The notes beneath the pieces are model-generated. The model was given only the letters and a program-made list of their open reading frames with translations, was not told where the DNA came from and ran no database searches. A program made the translations under genes and the position numbers. A stretch of DNA of 64,000 nt from IMG/VR virus record IMGVR_UViG_2585427773_000003; one strand, given 5' to 3'. Of this stretch, positions 28,376-38,790 are shown piece after piece. The stretch is from a virus. Lineage: Duplodnaviria > Heunggongvirae > Uroviricota > Caudoviricetes. Positions within the stretch are counted from its first letter, which is position 1; every line of letters begins with the position of its first letter.

Positions 28376-29263
28376 TTACTTAAGTCCAATTTTCCCCAGA
28401 CCGGAGGCCAACTTATCCATAGTCGACTTGTTCTTCGGTTGGGATATTGTGTAGGTCGATTTGGAATGTGAGCCTACACCCTGCTTGGCTTCGCTACGCA
28501 TCAATGCGTCAGCTTCCGGATCTGCCCGCACAATGCGTTCAATCGCGGATTCAAACGGCAACGGCTTACCTTCACCGTCAACCAGAACAGCTCGTTCTTT
28601 ATGACCTGCCGGTTTGTCATAACCCACTACGCTACCGTCTTCACCCACTTCAAAATGAGAACCGTAGATCACGCGGGCTTTTGCCGGGGTCATCAGAACT
28701 TTGTCACGTAGGAAGAGAGAGTTACTGAAGGAAGCGCCCACGGTCATCTCGACTAATTGAGATTTCAGTGATGCGTTTTCACTTTCCAGTGCTGTATAAC
28801 GTTCGTCACGCTGTGCCAGCTCTGCCTGGTGTGCTTCGATCATCTGTTTTTTAACAGCATCGAACTCACCACGACGCTCCAGTTCAGCTTGCTCCGCCTC
28901 ACGACGTGCATTTTCTGCGGCCTGTTCAGCTTCTAAAAGCTGGCGAGCACGCGCCGGGTCGATATCACCGTACTGAGCAAGCTGATCGGCCAATGTGCGC
29001 TCTTTCTCTTTGCGCTTCATGTTCTCCTTCAGCAGTTCAGCACCAGCTTTCTTGGTTTTACGAAGTTCGGCCAGTAACTCTTCCTGAGTCATGCCAGCGT
29101 ATTCGTCATCGCCCTTCGGCTGCTCTTTTTGTTCACCCTGTTTGTCAGGATCTTGTGTGCTCTGCTCATTATCAGCAGCTACACCGCCAGCGCCTCCACG
29201 CTCATGCGCTTCAGCGACATCCATCAGACCACGACGGGCCAAAAGCATTTGCCACAGATTCAT
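28376..29263 (-). CDS. Scaffolding protein
   Basis: Highly charged helical E/A/R/Q-rich protein between portal and capsid genes. Confidence 0.6.
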   Translation of the reverse strand: MNLWQMLLARRGLMDVAEAHERGGAGGVAADNEQSTQDPDKQGEQKEQPKGDDEYAGMTQEELLAELRKTKKAGAELLKENMKRKEKERTLADQLAQYGDIDPARARQLLEAEQAAENARREAEQAELERRGEFDAVKKQMIEAHQAELAQRDERYTALESENASLKSQLVEMTVGASFSNSLFLRDKVLMTPAKARVIYGSHFEVGEDGSVVGYDKPAGHKERAVLVDGEGKPLPFESAIERIVRADPEADALMRSEAKQGVGSHSKSTYTISQPKNKSTMDKLASGLGKIGLK

Positions 29264-29284
29264 AAAAATTCCTTTTGTTACTTA

Positions 29285-30859
29285 TCACTCGTTCTCTTGA
29301 GTAGATGAGTCCCCATTCCCTCGGGGTTGATCTTGCCCGCTTTCTTGGGCCGTACCACGATCATAAGTAAGTACTGACTTATTTTCAAGGGTATTTAGAT
29401 CATTTTTTGGAGGAAAATTCAAGAGATCTTTATCAAATTCCTTTTTCATCGCCTCAGTAATGTTCGGGAAAATCTTCTCAATAAGCATTTCCATCTGGTG
29501 ACGACGTACAGAGTCCGGTGCCTGAAGTAATGACAGTTTCTCGGCAACAGAAAATTCATCAGTAAGGCCACGAATATCGAAACTTTCTGGATACGCAATT
29601 AAAGAGTGGTCTTCGTCCAGATCTGCCCCCATCCATTTCGCAACCAGTAGCATGATTTGGCGTTCAGCCCTTTCCAGACGCTCTGCTTTTGTGACAAGCA
29701 AGCTATTTACACGCTGGAAGTCATACATTTTTGCGGCACCAGATGAATTATCGATTCCCTGTGCGTTGTCCTGCTTCGTTCGCTCACCAGCTACACCAAC
29801 TGAATGGTAGATTTCGTTAATCACCGTCTTAATCGTAGTGATGATCATCTGAGCTTGTTTCGGGTCTGGTGACAGATAAAACGGCTGGTTTCCACCTTCA
29901 GAATCGTAGGTGAAGACTCGCTTTGTGCCCATTTCAAGCACTTTAGTGTGGTTTTCATCACCAGGTAAAAGCGACTGTACCGGTATAGCCAACTGGCTAA
30001 ATGTCTGATCCTGAATAATGGCATCAAGGTTTGACAGATAGTTTGCAACCGCACGATCAAGATAAGCGATATCATCGATCAACGATGGGCTGAAATACGG
30101 TGATTCACTTTCTCCAATACAATCAACAGGAAACACAGGAACTACGCCGAGATTATGCTCACCGCTATCCTCTAAAATAACTTTTGCCTGACGGCGACCT
30201 GCTCCACCAGCGCCCTTCTTCACTTCCTCACGGAACAGATACCACTCGTTTTGTGTCCACAGACGATAACGTTGGTATTCCTGACCTGTAGAAGTAAAAG
30301 GATCTGCGTCATCACGAGCGACTTCCACAATTAACGCCCACAACATATTCCCGTCGTCGTCCCATGCCACATCCAACATTTGCTGAGGTGAAATCCAGTA
30401 GGCGTAGGCGCGAGCATCTTTCTTTTTCTCGTCAGCTACTGACTCAACATCACCACTCATCGTGCTATCGACAACAACCCATATGCGACCGTAAATAGAC
30501 GACTGCAAATCAATAGCGGCCATAAATGAGTCAATAGAGGCATTCTGGCGAGTCGCACGTTTCCAGAAATTGCGGATCTGCTCTGGTGCCTCTTCGATAT
30601 TTCTATGAATGTCTTCTTTAAAGAGATATTTGTTGATGAGGTTTACCACCTCACGAGTGTGGTTGAAGCGATAAGCACGTTCAACTCGCTCCTTAAACTC
30701 CTGATCTCCCTCTTTAAAGTAACGAAAGATATTGTCTGTAAACCAACCACGCCCGCCAGCGTAAGTGCTGGCGAGGAAGTCCCAATGTTCTTTTTTCTTT
30801 TCGTATTCCGGGTGGCGTCGCGCCACCAGATCCTTAATTTGTTTGTCGTTCAATTCCAT
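29285..30859 (-). CDS. Portal protein
   Basis: 524 aa, position after terminase large subunit. Confidence 0.7.
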   Translation of the reverse strand: MELNDKQIKDLVARRHPEYEKKKEHWDFLASTYAGGRGWFTDNIFRYFKEGDQEFKERVERAYRFNHTREVVNLINKYLFKEDIHRNIEEAPEQIRNFWKRATRQNASIDSFMAAIDLQSSIYGRIWVVVDSTMSGDVESVADEKKKDARAYAYWISPQQMLDVAWDDDGNMLWALIVEVARDDADPFTSTGQEYQRYRLWTQNEWYLFREEVKKGAGGAGRRQAKVILEDSGEHNLGVVPVFPVDCIGESESPYFSPSLIDDIAYLDRAVANYLSNLDAIIQDQTFSQLAIPVQSLLPGDENHTKVLEMGTKRVFTYDSEGGNQPFYLSPDPKQAQMIITTIKTVINEIYHSVGVAGERTKQDNAQGIDNSSGAAKMYDFQRVNSLLVTKAERLERAERQIMLLVAKWMGADLDEDHSLIAYPESFDIRGLTDEFSVAEKLSLLQAPDSVRRHQMEMLIEKIFPNITEAMKKEFDKDLLNFPPKNDLNTLENKSVLTYDRGTAQESGQDQPRGNGDSSTQENE

Positions 30860-30870
30860 TTGAATAACCT

Positions 30871-30889
30871 TAGATAACTACTTACCTAT
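30871..30889. promoter_or_regulatory. GATAACTACTTACCTATC motif (late-region family)
   Basis: Between terL stop and portal start; shares TTACCTATC arm with sites at 55888 and 63069. Confidence 0.4.
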
Positions 30890-32142
30890 CGAGAACCACC
30901 AAGAATAACACGGTTTTTGACTGGATACCTACGATGTACTGGATAGCCCAATGCGTCTGCACTATGCTCAATGCCACCTGTCTTATCCATATCTCGTGTT
31001 CCAGGCTTGTAGATGACTTTTTCCAGTGAATCAATCAAATGCTTGCACTTCGGATCGATATACAGCCGGATATCTCCAGATGCGGACATCAGCATTCGGT
31101 TAACAGCATTAACACGATCCGCAATTGGCGGGTGCTTTTTCGAATAATCGACACGTAAGAATCCCTTCTCTTTGAATATGTCTACGTCAGACTCCCCACG
31201 AGCATGTTGGCGATAAGCACCTGCCGGATCTGGAAATACCGTTACCTGTGATTTCCAGCGCCAGAAGCGTCTCTCAAGCTCATCACAAACTTCTGCCGTG
31301 TTAGAGGAAAAGAGCACCAATTCATCAATTGCCCATAGCTCACCATTTGGCTGAGGTTGCAAAATTACTGAAGACATCGGGTCAATGTTGAAGTCCTGCC
31401 CTACCCATATAGGCAACCGAGGGTTGAACTGAAGCGGTTTTACATGCACGTTACGATCGAACGGGTAGTAAACGCGCCCGGACATGTTCTCAAAGCTGGC
31501 CAGGTACTCCTGAGCGAACGATTTGGGGTCCATATCGTTCTTAGCAGCTTCAATTTCCGCCGTAGGCACAAACGGAGAATCGGCAGTTACAAACTGCCAG
31601 CTCTTCCACTGTCCCTTTCTTTGCAGCTCTACGTTCTGGCCTATAGTCCACAGTTTGTGAAATTCCGAGAAGCCTTTTGGCGTACCAATGATCAGTGCAC
31701 CGCCGCGTGTCGATGAAAGAGTAGGTCGTAACACCTTGTACCAGGTGTCAGCCTTCATATCCTGAAATTCATCAAGCACTACAAAATGCAACGCTACGCC
31801 GCGCAGAGTGTCAGGCTTATCAGCACCTTTGAGGGCGATCTCCGAACCGTTCTTCAACACGATTGTCATCGTGGTGTCGTTCTTTTTCCTAACCCACTTA
31901 CGAGGCAGAACTTCCTGTAGATCGTCCCACAAAATCTGGCGAGCCATCTGGTAAGTAGGAGCGACATACCAGACCCTTTGCTTTTTTTCCTTTGCCGCCG
32001 CACGAATAATAGTGGAGATCGACAACCGGGATTTTCCCCAGCGTCGACCAGCACAAACAACTTTAAATCGATGCGGAGACTGGAAGACTTTCATCTGTCC
32101 AGAATGCAGTTGCACAAGACTGAGCGAGGACGGGATTGCCAT
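30886..32142 (-). CDS. Terminase large subunit
   Basis: Walker A-like CAGRRWGKS, Walker B VLDE, C-terminal nuclease-like region; 418 aa. Confidence 0.8.
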   Translation of the reverse strand: MAIPSSLSLVQLHSGQMKVFQSPHRFKVVCAGRRWGKSRLSISTIIRAAAKEKKQRVWYVAPTYQMARQILWDDLQEVLPRKWVRKKNDTTMTIVLKNGSEIALKGADKPDTLRGVALHFVVLDEFQDMKADTWYKVLRPTLSSTRGGALIIGTPKGFSEFHKLWTIGQNVELQRKGQWKSWQFVTADSPFVPTAEIEAAKNDMDPKSFAQEYLASFENMSGRVYYPFDRNVHVKPLQFNPRLPIWVGQDFNIDPMSSVILQPQPNGELWAIDELVLFSSNTAEVCDELERRFWRWKSQVTVFPDPAGAYRQHARGESDVDIFKEKGFLRVDYSKKHPPIADRVNAVNRMLMSASGDIRLYIDPKCKHLIDSLEKVIYKPGTRDMDKTGGIEHSADALGYPVHRRYPVKNRVILGGSR

Positions 32143-32774
32143 TATTCGTCCTCCCCTTCACTTCCATCATCTGTCGCATCAAATTCGCTTAGAGCTTCTT
32201 CTTCCAACGTCTCAAGCAATTCGTCATCGATGATTTCAGGCTCGTCGTCTTCCTGACGTAATTTCGCCACCTGGGAAGGCGTAAGCTCACCAAATACCAG
32301 GTTCGGAATTTCTTCCTCGTCATTTTCCGCATGATCCATGCCCAATGCTTTGGACGAAACTTCAAAGCATTTTGCAAGGGTATTACTGGCTCTCTGTAAG
32401 CTCTTGAGAGAATCCTCAATCGCCCCTAAAGGCTTACCCTCACGTTTGGCCGTAGTGACTTCGACCATCACCATCTGCCCCAACGCATACGCCCAGCCGT
32501 CATAACGTGTACGACGTTCTTCTATCTTTTCCGCACGGGCTTTAGCGCGAAGCTCTGCGTCAGATTTAAGAGACTCACGAACCATCTTCCCAACAGAGTC
32601 CGCGCCTTTCTCTAATCCTCGCTTTTTGAAATGTCTGGAGAGTGTTTCACGACGAATGCCGTACTCTTCCTCCAGCTTTGAGAGTGTATATTCGCCTGAC
32701 GTCCATTTGGCTTCAGCTTCGGCCCACTCCGCTGGTGTCAGGCGAGTTTTTACCTCGTCTTTTTCGACCGTCAT
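32142..32774 (-). CDS. Terminase small subunit
   Basis: 210 aa, HTH-like N-terminus, acidic C-terminus, start overlaps terL. Confidence 0.6.
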   Translation of the reverse strand: MTVEKDEVKTRLTPAEWAEAEAKWTSGEYTLSKLEEEYGIRRETLSRHFKKRGLEKGADSVGKMVRESLKSDAELRAKARAEKIEERRTRYDGWAYALGQMVMVEVTTAKREGKPLGAIEDSLKSLQRASNTLAKCFEVSSKALGMDHAENDEEEIPNLVFGELTPSQVAKLRQEDDEPEIIDDELLETLEEEALSEFDATDDGSEGEDE

Positions 32775-32890
32775 AGATCCCTCTAAAACACACAGAGCGC
32801 GTCCATGCGCTCTAAAACAACTTGTTTACTGCATCTGCTAACCAACTTGTTTTCTGGGGTGTTTAATTAGGTCTGGCATGTCTTACGAAG

Positions 32891-32945
32891 CCTGCTTCCG
32901 TATATATTTAATAAGTTACTTATTATTTATATATACAGAAGCAGG
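32891..32945. repeat. 55-bp imperfect palindrome, copy 2
   Basis: Near-identical to copy 1; lies 117 bp upstream of terS start. Confidence 0.9.
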
Positions 32946-32969
32946 TCTTTAAATAAGCTCCCAGACCGA

Positions 32970-33236
32970 TTACATCACCAGTAACTTCGCTTTGGCTCGA
33001 CCTAAAGTAGTTAACCCAAGAGTTCGGCGGTGATAGCGATTGTCACTGCGTTGGCGCGTATGCCCTTTCTCCACCAGCCCCTTTTTTATCAGAGCGCGAA
33101 TTGAGAACTGGATACTTTGCTTGGTTGTCTTGTACGGCAAAACTTCAAGCAATTCGTCCAGGTCAAGTAGATGACCTCGCTCATAACCGAGATTGAGCGT
33201 TTTGATGATGTCCTTTTGTTTATCGGTTAACGTCAT
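32970..33236 (-). CDS. Small putative winged-helix DNA-binding protein
   Basis: 88 aa, basic, helix-turn-helix-like segment. Confidence 0.35.
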   Translation of the reverse strand: MTLTDKQKDIIKTLNLGYERGHLLDLDELLEVLPYKTTKQSIQFSIRALIKKGLVEKGHTRQRSDNRYHRRTLGLTTLGRAKAKLLVM

Positions 33237-33245
33237 GGCAAATCC

Positions 33246-34145
33246 TTATGCCGGTAAAGCAATTTCTAACGGTTTATCCAAAGGTTGTTTGTCGAATGCC
33301 AGCAGTGGCAGCGTGTCAGGCAGTCGACGACCAAAGTCAGGGTTTCGATACACACCATACAACGGAGACGTAAAGCTCAGGTTGTGAATGTCCTTGAGCA
33401 GCTTCACAATGCTGGCCTCGTCCACCAGACTGTCGGCAATGTCCTGAATCGTCGTGCCACGATTCCGCCCAGCTTTTGCCAGGGAACTGTTCTTGTGGTA
33501 GTCCGCCACCAGATCACGCAGTGCACGGCGACGACGAGACTCGCTCATAGCGAACAACTCTTTGACGATCGCCTCGTTATCACCCGGGTCGGAGCGGAAA
33601 TGGCGCTGGAACACACGCAGTGCACTTTCATAGCTCTTCGGTCGCTCAGGGCGGATGAACTTAAACCCTGCTTTCATGGCGAAGGGATTGTATTTGCTCA
33701 TCGATGACTGGATCTCAATGATTGGCCGGTCATGCATCCTGCTAACCAGGTTAATCATTCGATAAGAGACGCCTACGCCACGGTACTGAGTATCCACAAC
33801 TGAGCGGCTGATCACCGCAAAGTTGTTATTCACGTACCGGCCCCAGTACTGGTTAGCCACGGTGGTATTGGTAGTTGGTTTCAACTTAGGAAACATGCGA
33901 TGGCGAGGTGCCAGCAGAAGTTTCGGGTAAGCCATAACCACGACGCCCACCAGACGGTCATCCAGTTCGCAGCGATAGTATGTTGGCGCGAAAGGTTTGC
34001 CGTCTGTTTTGTAGTGAAGCGATTTAAGAGCGTGCCAGTCCTCTACAGTTCCCTTTGTGACAGTCATTCGCTCCAGAAAGTCCAGATGACGCGGAAACTC
34101 TTCAGGGCGGTAGCGTTTGATGATGATATCTGCCATGTCGATCAC
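33246..34145 (-). CDS. GNAT-fold (acetyltransferase-like) domain protein
   Basis: Motif QYRGVGVS (R/Q-x-x-G-x-G/A) preceded by hydrophobic strand, NPFAMKAGFKFI downstream; about 120 aa C-terminal extension. Confidence 0.45.
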   Translation of the reverse strand: MIDMADIIIKRYRPEEFPRHLDFLERMTVTKGTVEDWHALKSLHYKTDGKPFAPTYYRCELDDRLVGVVVMAYPKLLLAPRHRMFPKLKPTTNTTVANQYWGRYVNNNFAVISRSVVDTQYRGVGVSYRMINLVSRMHDRPIIEIQSSMSKYNPFAMKAGFKFIRPERPKSYESALRVFQRHFRSDPGDNEAIVKELFAMSESRRRRALRDLVADYHKNSSLAKAGRNRGTTIQDIADSLVDEASIVKLLKDIHNLSFTSPLYGVYRNPDFGRRLPDTLPLLAFDKQPLDKPLEIALPA

Positions 34146-34396
34146 CTGCGCTCGATATTGGCATTGATGAAATCCAGGCGAAGAGACTCCATCGCCCCTA
34201 CCATGACATACGGGCGCCCGCCGTTATGCCAGCAATCAAGAACACTGCCGTCGTTGTTGATCATCAACAGCGCCAGGCTCTGGCTTTTTCCTTCTCTGGC
34301 GTGCTGAAGTGCTTCTTCCAGCAGGCGGATGACTTCCACGTTGTTGTTATCAGTCTCTTTCGATGGCTTCAGCTCTACGATCTTCAAATCAGGCAT
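34142..34396 (-). CDS. Hypothetical protein
   Basis: 84 aa ORF with overlapping start/stop coupling to neighbours. Confidence 0.4.
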   Translation of the reverse strand: MPDLKIVELKPSKETDNNNVEVIRLLEEALQHAREGKSQSLALLMINNDGSVLDCWHNGGRPYVMVGAMESLRLDFINANIERR

Positions 34397-35027
34397 ATTC
34401 CACCTTCACGCGTTCTTTGTAGTGCTTGGTGATCTGCATATCCGGGCGCAGCGCGTTCTTCAGGTCTTCGTGAGTCGTCGCCACCATTACCGTCGCACCA
34501 ACCTTTCGAGCGGCACGCTGGAGGTTAGATGCCACAACCTGAGCGGTTACACGGTCGAGAACAGCGCCGAACTCGTCAGCAGCCCACACTTTAGCGCCTG
34601 ACTCAATCAGTTTGGCAATCTTGAGACGATATTTCTGACCGTCTGACATTTCAGAAGGCTTGCGAACAAACAGATATGCATCGTTCAGACCAGCCATAGA
34701 TAACAACCCAAGCGCATCACTGGTAGTTTTGCCCAGTTGGTCAATGACGTTAACCTCATTATCGAAGGTAAAATCATCGATGGAGGCCACAGATAGCCCT
34801 TCATCCTTCATCTGGTGTTGCAGCTCGCGCAGCACAACGGATTTGCCGGAACCGGATTGGCCGGTAATGTACACCACATCGCCCTGCTTCACTTCCAGCT
34901 CCAGATTGTCGTAAAGCGTCCACTCTTTTTCGTCCAGGCCAAGCCCGAACGACTCAGCGATTTCCAACGTGCGCGTGGTTTTATTTACGCGTGTCTGAAA
35001 CGATACGTTGATGATGTATTTGCTCAT
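34389..35027 (-). CDS. Compact ABC-type ATPase
   Basis: Walker A GQSGSGKS, ABC signature LSDGQKYRL, Walker B VWAADEFGAVLD, H-loop ATTHE; 212 aa. Confidence 0.7.
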   Translation of the reverse strand: MSKYIINVSFQTRVNKTTRTLEIAESFGLGLDEKEWTLYDNLELEVKQGDVVYITGQSGSGKSVVLRELQHQMKDEGLSVASIDDFTFDNEVNVIDQLGKTTSDALGLLSMAGLNDAYLFVRKPSEMSDGQKYRLKIAKLIESGAKVWAADEFGAVLDRVTAQVVASNLQRAARKVGATVMVATTHEDLKNALRPDMQITKHYKERVKVEYA

Positions 35028-35692
35028 GCAGCCATCTCCCCGGAAGAGATCTTCTCCGCATATGCCACAAATGCGTCTACCCCGCTTTCTCCCGTCATTT
35101 CTTCCATGTGGGCAAGCAAATCACCAACAACAATGGCAGAGCCAGCAGGGAGCGTTTTAAAGCCCAATACGTCGACAACACGTACTTCTTCCGCTGCAAC
35201 TTCACGACTGATCTCGGTGTGTTCATCCTTCTGTCGTTTAGTTTCTTCGCCAAGATCGATAACTAGCGAGTCGGTGTCCATTTCTTCTGTCATACTGCCA
35301 ACGAGAACATTCAACTCACGCTCTTCAAAGCCGAAAACCTCGATATCGTCCAGAACAAGCGACTCAAGCTCTTTCTGTAGCTTAATTGCATCGTAATCAA
35401 TGCTGGCAAGTCGGTTATCTTCAAGGCGCTTCGCACGAACCTCGTCATCACTGAGATCATCGCGAACAATAACCGGTACGCGCTCAAGTCCAGCAAAAAT
35501 TGCAGCCTCACGGCGGCCGTGGCCAGTAATAATTACGTCGTTCTTATCGACCGTAATTGGCTGGTCAAATCCGCGCTTTTTAATGGCTGCGGCTAGATCT
35601 CGGATCTGCTGTTCATCATGCTTTTTGGCATTCATCTCATAGGGAATAAGATCTGCCGGGTCGCGATATACGATTTCAAACTTTTTGGTCAT
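35024..35692 (-). CDS. ParB-like nuclease domain protein
   Basis: ParB N-terminal motif ITGHGRREAAIFAGLERVPVIV. Confidence 0.55.
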   Translation of the reverse strand: MTKKFEIVYRDPADLIPYEMNAKKHDEQQIRDLAAAIKKRGFDQPITVDKNDVIITGHGRREAAIFAGLERVPVIVRDDLSDDEVRAKRLEDNRLASIDYDAIKLQKELESLVLDDIEVFGFEERELNVLVGSMTEEMDTDSLVIDLGEETKRQKDEHTEISREVAAEEVRVVDVLGFKTLPAGSAIVVGDLLAHMEEMTGESGVDAFVAYAEKISSGEMAA

Positions 35693-36372
35693 TACATACG
35701 CTCCTTGTAGTAGTCGACCAGCCATACCAGAGCCTCACCAGCGTTCTCCATTTCATTACCGGTGTTAATAGCCTGCTCTTTGATGATGTTTTTTATGGTT
35801 TCTGCAACACGATCTGACGCATCGAAAGTTACTTTGAAGCGCATGGTCTGATGTTCCGCACCCACACGTTCGGTTTTCTCTCGTTTGTCGGTATCGACAG
35901 GCTCATCACTACCACGAGACAACGCCTCCAGTGCTTCAAGGTCGATTGCCGCCTCTTTTGCTAAAACCATCGAGATTTCGTCGTCATACGGGGCGATTTC
36001 AGACAGTTGATAGTCAAGTTCTGACTGAATTTCTTCAATGAAGCGTTGCAATGCGATTTGGTCGTCTTCACCGTATCGCTCGTTGTCCACCAGTGACATC
36101 TGTTTAGCTACGACATCGCTAATTTTGCCCACAGAAAGCACCGGAACCGTTGAAATTCCTTGCTCAATAGCAGCACGCCAGCGATGTTCGCCGCCGAGGA
36201 TTTCAAAAAATCCATCTTCAAGTTCACGAGCCAAAATTGGCTTAAAAAAGCCCAATTTTTCGATAGAACCTTTCAGTTTTTCAAAATTCTGCGCACCAAC
36301 CGAATTGGTGTTCCAGGTATTCGGGCGAAGGTTGGCAACATCAACCTGCAAAATCGTGATTTTTACATCCAT
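35692..36372 (-). CDS. ParB-like nuclease domain protein
   Basis: ParB N-terminal motif ILGGEHRWRAAIEQGISTVPVL; ATG at 36372 preferred over GTG at 36390. Confidence 0.55.
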   Translation of the reverse strand: MDVKITILQVDVANLRPNTWNTNSVGAQNFEKLKGSIEKLGFFKPILARELEDGFFEILGGEHRWRAAIEQGISTVPVLSVGKISDVVAKQMSLVDNERYGEDDQIALQRFIEEIQSELDYQLSEIAPYDDEISMVLAKEAAIDLEALEALSRGSDEPVDTDKREKTERVGAEHQTMRFKVTFDASDRVAETIKNIIKEQAINTGNEMENAGEALVWLVDYYKERM

Positions 36373-36390
36373 TTTATTGCTACAATCCAC

Positions 36391-36408
36391 TAAGTAATCA
36401 CTTACTTA
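36391..36408. promoter_or_regulatory. Palindrome TAAGTAAtcacTTACTTA in divergent promoter region
   Basis: Perfect 7-bp arms, between ParB-like gene (minus) and helicase (plus). Confidence 0.45.
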
Positions 36409-36454
36409 TTATAATAGCCAAATAACATACAAAAGGCACTAAGGAAAGAGGTTT

Positions 36455-38014
36455 ATGACTGTTCGGATTGTATCTAACGCAGTAAATGCGCTTATTTCTG
36501 GCGCAGATGACAAGGTAAAGCAACTGGTGCAGCAAATGTTGAGCTACGAAGTCGAGACTGGCGACTGGAAGGGCACAAGCACGATGTTCAACTGGAGTAA
36601 AAACTCGTTCCCTGCTGGCTTTGCCAAGCCTGTAGCGGCGAACTTGAACAAGGCGGGCATCAAATGTGTTCATATCCGCAAAGACAAAGCCCCGGCGCTT
36701 GGTAAACCAAATCCGGCGGTTAACCCATTCCCATACAATCCTGATTATGCGTATCAGGATCAGACTGTGGAAACACTGGTTCGAGAGGGAATGATGATTG
36801 CGCAGATCGCTACTGGTGGCGGGAAATCTAACGTTGCCTGCAAAGCAGCTGCACGTATCGGTCGAATGACATTATTTTTAACAACCCGCTCTGTTCTGAT
36901 GTTTCAAATGGCCGAAAACTTCCAGAGATCCATCGACTACCGCGCCGAAAATGGCGAACCGTGGTTAAAGGGCCAAAAGGTTGGAGTCATTGGCTCGGGG
37001 GAGTTCCAGGTATCACGACATATCAACGTCGCTACAGTTCAAACTCTGGCAAGTTTCCTTGAAGAACCACCACGCGATGCAACACCAGATAAAAAGAGCT
37101 ACCATCTCAAACGTCGGGAGTTGGTGAAACGCTTCCTTTCAAGTGTGTCTCTGCTTATTCTGGAAGAAGCGCATGAGTCTTCAGGCTCTAATTTCTATGA
37201 CATTGCCAGATTATGTGTGAACGCAGACTATCGTCTGGCGCTTACAGCCACGCCGTTCATGAAGGATTCGACGGAAGCCAACATGCGCCTGATGGCGGTG
37301 GCCGGGCGAATTGAAATTAAAGTCACAGAAAAGTACCTGATTGATCGAGGCATTCTGGCAAAGCCGTACTTCCTTTATCATAAAGTTGCCTACAAGCCAG
37401 ACGAGGCCAGAATCAAGGCCGAACTTGCCAACAAACACCTCAATTTTAGAGTTGGTATGAGCACCGCCTACCAAAAGGCTTATCAGTTGGGGATCGTGTA
37501 TAATTTGGGACGTAACGAGGCCATAGTGCGCGAGGCATTGCTTTATAAGCAACATTCACTCAACTGCATGACTCTGGTTCGTCTTAAACGCCACGGGCAA
37601 ATCCTGATGGAGATGATGAAGGAGTCAGGTCTTAAAGTTGATTTCATCTATGGGGAATCTAACCAGACGACAAGGCAAGCAAAGCTGAATAGTTTAGCGT
37701 CTGGTGAAATAGATGTTTTAATAGGCTCGACTATTCTGGATGTTGGTGTTGATGTGCCAAGCGTTGGTGCGGTCATTCTTGCTGGTGGTGGGAAAGCAGA
37801 AGTTGAAATGAGACAGCGTGTCGGTCGTGGCTTACGAGCCAAAAAAAATCAGGCAAACGTGTGTTTTATCACTGATTTCATTGACATTAGCAACAAATAC
37901 CTGTTGTCTCACTCTTATGAGCGAAAACACATCATCGACACCACACCTGGCTTTGCAGAAGGTGTATTGCCTATTGATGGAGCATTCGATTTTGGAGTTC
38001 TGAAACGAGATTAG
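36455..38014 (+). CDS. SF2 (DEAD/DEAH-type) helicase
   Basis: Walker A ATGGGKS, LEEAHE (motif II), TATP (motif III), QRVGRGLR (motif VI); RBS aaggaaagagg. Confidence 0.75.
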   Translation: MTVRIVSNAVNALISGADDKVKQLVQQMLSYEVETGDWKGTSTMFNWSKNSFPAGFAKPVAANLNKAGIKCVHIRKDKAPALGKPNPAVNPFPYNPDYAYQDQTVETLVREGMMIAQIATGGGKSNVACKAAARIGRMTLFLTTRSVLMFQMAENFQRSIDYRAENGEPWLKGQKVGVIGSGEFQVSRHINVATVQTLASFLEEPPRDATPDKKSYHLKRRELVKRFLSSVSLLILEEAHESSGSNFYDIARLCVNADYRLALTATPFMKDSTEANMRLMAVAGRIEIKVTEKYLIDRGILAKPYFLYHKVAYKPDEARIKAELANKHLNFRVGMSTAYQKAYQLGIVYNLGRNEAIVREALLYKQHSLNCMTLVRLKRHGQILMEMMKESGLKVDFIYGESNQTTRQAKLNSLASGEIDVLIGSTILDVGVDVPSVGAVILAGGGKAEVEMRQRVGRGLRAKKNQANVCFITDFIDISNKYLLSHSYERKHIIDTTPGFAEGVLPIDGAFDFGVLKRD

Positions 38015-38016
38015 TT

Positions 38017-38295
38017 ATGAGTGAAAAGAAAACAACTTACTGTCAGGTAGCATTGTCTGATAAGGCCAATGACAAACTTGGAAAGTTTCAAGTGAAACTA
38101 AAAGAAAAAAATATCAAAATGTCTAAGGCTGAAGTCATAAATACCATTCTGGAACAATTGACAATGGCCGACTTTGACAAGGTTATATCTTCTGTCGGGG
38201 CTTCCGCTAAGACTCGTGAGAAAATCATGCGTATCTATGAGAACTCTAATATGACAAAGGAAGATCTCGAAACGCTATTAAGCAGATTAAAATAA
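38017..38295 (+). CDS. Hypothetical small protein (possible RHH-like)
   Basis: 92 aa, start 3 nt after helicase stop. Confidence 0.3.
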   Translation: MSEKKTTYCQVALSDKANDKLGKFQVKLKEKNIKMSKAEVINTILEQLTMADFDKVISSVGASAKTREKIMRIYENSNMTKEDLETLLSRLK

Positions 38296-38363
38296 TCACG
38301 CTATCAATTAGGGAGACAAAGATGAAGTCTCCCATACTGTTCACTTTCTGTTCTAAAACTATC

Positions 38364-38786
38364 ATGAAATACTCGCTTCTCCCTCTACTAACGTTACCAG
38401 TGTTGATGCTTACCGCGTGCCAATCACGCCCAATATCAATCCATGACGCCAAACCAGCACCGCAGGCCAAAGTGTTCAAGTATCAAAGCGCAGCGCCAGC
38501 TACGTTGGTGGTAATGAGAGACACAGGTTTTGTAGGAGCTGGATGTGATGCTTCCATTTTCATCAACGGCGAAACTGTCGCAAAACTGGCTACAGGCGAA
38601 AAAGCGACTTTCCATTTAAATGCCGGAGTATTAATTGTGGGTGCATCTCTTGAAGGTGCAGGTTTATGTGCTCTAAACCCCGCTCGTCAAGAGCGAGAAA
38701 CGACTCTGAAGAATGGAGACACAAAAGCGTTCAGGGTGTTCACCAGCAATTCTGGTGACATCGACATTCTGCCAACAACTCTGTGA
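38364..38786 (+). CDS. Lipoprotein
   Basis: Signal peptide MKYSLLPLLTLPVLMLTAC with lipobox LTAC. Confidence 0.5.
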   Translation: MKYSLLPLLTLPVLMLTACQSRPISIHDAKPAPQAKVFKYQSAAPATLVVMRDTGFVGAGCDASIFINGETVAKLATGEKATFHLNAGVLIVGASLEGAGLCALNPARQERETTLKNGDTKAFRVFTSNSGDIDILPTTL

Positions 38787-38790
38787 TGAC

